Made by a program: the position numbers and the translations under genes. Positions 62,263 to 64,000 of a stretch of DNA of 64,000 nucleotides are shown here, one piece after another; within the stretch, counting starts at the first letter, position 1; every line of letters starts with the position of its first letter. Source of the DNA: Lama guanicoe (Eukaryota); the NCBI GenBank assembly GCA_013239625.1, contig MU057340.1, positions 2,667,289 to 2,731,288 of the forward strand. The letters run 5' to 3'. The notes under the pieces were generated by a model. The model searched no databases, had not been told where the DNA came from, and saw nothing but the letters and a program-made list of their open reading frames with translations.

Positions 62263-63458
62263 TAGGCGCGCCAACGGGGACCCTGAACCACCTTGGTTCC
62301 TTGCAGCCTACACCATGCCCTAAGGAGCCGGGCTGACCTGCGCAGAGGACAGAGCTGATGCAGTGTGCTTTAGATGAGCAATTCCTTAAGGCAACGACCT
62401 TTTTTCTTTTATTCCATTCAAGGTCTAACAATCTATCAGCAGTCAACCCTATGGGGTGAAATTAGTACGGGGGGAAGACTTTCAAAATCTCAAGCTCCTT
62501 TATTACCAGCCCTTGTGTGGATACTCGGCCTGTGCACCGCCAGGTGCCTGGTGAGGGCTTTGTCCTCAGGAGATACAGGTTTCCATGTGCTCCTGCAGCT
62601 TCCATCCTTCTCTTCCCAGATCACACATCATAATTTCCAATCTCTTTAGGCTTTATAAAATAACCCAGGCAGGGGGTCCAAATATGTGGGGGCCATAGGC
62701 TCCTATTGGAATCTAATAAAAGCTATGAACACACTTTGCCCACCAAATACAGGCTCTAAGGGTTATTTATCATTTCAAGGGTTTTAGAGACTATGACTGA
62801 ATCTATAAAAGGAAGCCTGCCCACTGTGTTCCAGAAGACTTACTTTAAAGACACATATTGACACTTAGAGCACTTTATTTTTAAAAAAATACAAATGCTT
62901 TCCAACAAATATTTCATGGGAGACACCAAGTCCCTGCCTCTGGAAACTTACTGCAGATCACAAAATGCCTGCAAACAGGGTGCATGCCTCATTACAGAGC
63001 GAAGTAACAAACGAATAAAACCCCAAATTTCAGGACAAAGGCACAACCATGGAAACAATAACTGACCGGCGCTGCTCTGACCCACATTTTCTTAAAAGCA
63101 TGCAAGAGATTGTGGGACACGCTGTGTTTATCCACAGAAGGACTGCAGGACGCAGAGGACATGGGGGGACGCAGGAGAGGAAAACTAATTAAAAAGCAAA
63201 TGGAGAAAAATTAGCTTGGAAAGGGCTCACTGAGCTGCTGACAGCACTGAGGGCTGAGGTGCAAAACAAATGCAGAAGAGATTTGGCAGAATCCAGAAAA
63301 GGCGTGAGCAGCATGAGAAAGGAGGCCGCGGCCAACTCCCAGCTACAAGGAGTCAGAGTGACATTTGTGCAGATGAGAAAAGAAGAAGTTCCCTGGACGG
63401 AAGGGAAGCGAACAGAGTGGGCAGATTGCTGCTGCAGGAAAGAAACACACGGTAGCAT

Positions 63459-63492
63459 TGCACATACGCGCGCGCGCTCGCGCACACACACG
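63459..63492. repeat. Alternating purine-pyrimidine tract (CA)(CG)5..(CA)n
   Basis: tgcacatacgcgcgcgcgctcgcgcacacacacg seen directly. Confidence 0.85.
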
Positions 63493-64000
63493 ACAGCAGA
63501 GACACCCAATGCAATCGGATGCCTTTTTAAGAAGAAATGGAGGATCAACTAGATAAGGGGGACCATGAACAGCCTAAGGCATCACAAACTGGCTTCTAAT
63601 TACAAACGAAAGCCCACTTGGTGTGCATTAGATCTGCTCCCGGCGGCACTGGCATAAGCTCCTCCCCACCCACCCTGGCCCCTGCATTACAGGCTGTCCT
63701 GCTCCCATCCATTAACGCAGGAAACCACAAGGCAGAGACATCTTCTTAAGCTCCTTTCATCTGAGCCACGTGCTATGGAGACAGCTCGTTTCACCGGGGG
63801 CGGAGGCAGCAACACAGGAAAGGGACAGACTCTGAATGGAGGTGCCCAGAGCACAGCCCTCTGAACCAGAGCCACGCCCAGAAAGTAAAGTTTCCTGAGA
63901 TGAGAGGCTGGGGGAGAATGAGGATCCTATGGCTGTGCGGCACTATCTAAGGTGGCCAGTGGTTTCATGCAGTATATAAAGTCCCACTGGCCACTAAAAG

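Noticed and set aside
1-64000. tRNA/rRNA/snoRNA/miRNA genes, processed pseudogenes, CRISPR-like arrays or a novel multi-gene system
   Set aside because: None recognisable by eye; recurring motifs are explained by dispersed L1, MIR and MER repeats. An Infernal/Rfam scan would be needed to exclude small RNAs.

Overview
Mammalian (eutherian) genomic DNA containing the 5' part of MGAT5 (GnT-V, alpha-1,6-mannosylglycoprotein 6-beta-N-acetylglucosaminyltransferase A) on the minus strand. The first coding exon is at 29133-28893 (241 coding nt, with a 5' UTR up to about 29277). The second coding exon is at 12690-12526 (165 nt), after a 16.2 kb GT-AG intron; the next exon lies beyond the left edge. 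The rest is intronic or upstream sequence with MIR, L2, old and young L1 fragments, hAT and Tigger MITEs (four MER20), solo LTRs, microsatellites and six N-gaps within or next to L1s. The cetartiodactyl-type L1 3' ends and the lack of any recognisable young SINE suggest a camelid (inference). Apart from the two MGAT5 exons and L1-derived fragments, the ORF track looks like noise. I see no novel multi-gene system. The best leads are regulatory: two uORFs behind a NAGNAG acceptor, an intronic CpG islet with tandem NRF1 sites, a candidate upstream exon or circRNA with flanking inverted L1 ends, a convergent CTCF motif pair, and two twin-primed L1 inversions. Repeat subfamily names come from recalled consensus sequences, and repeat boundaries are approximate.
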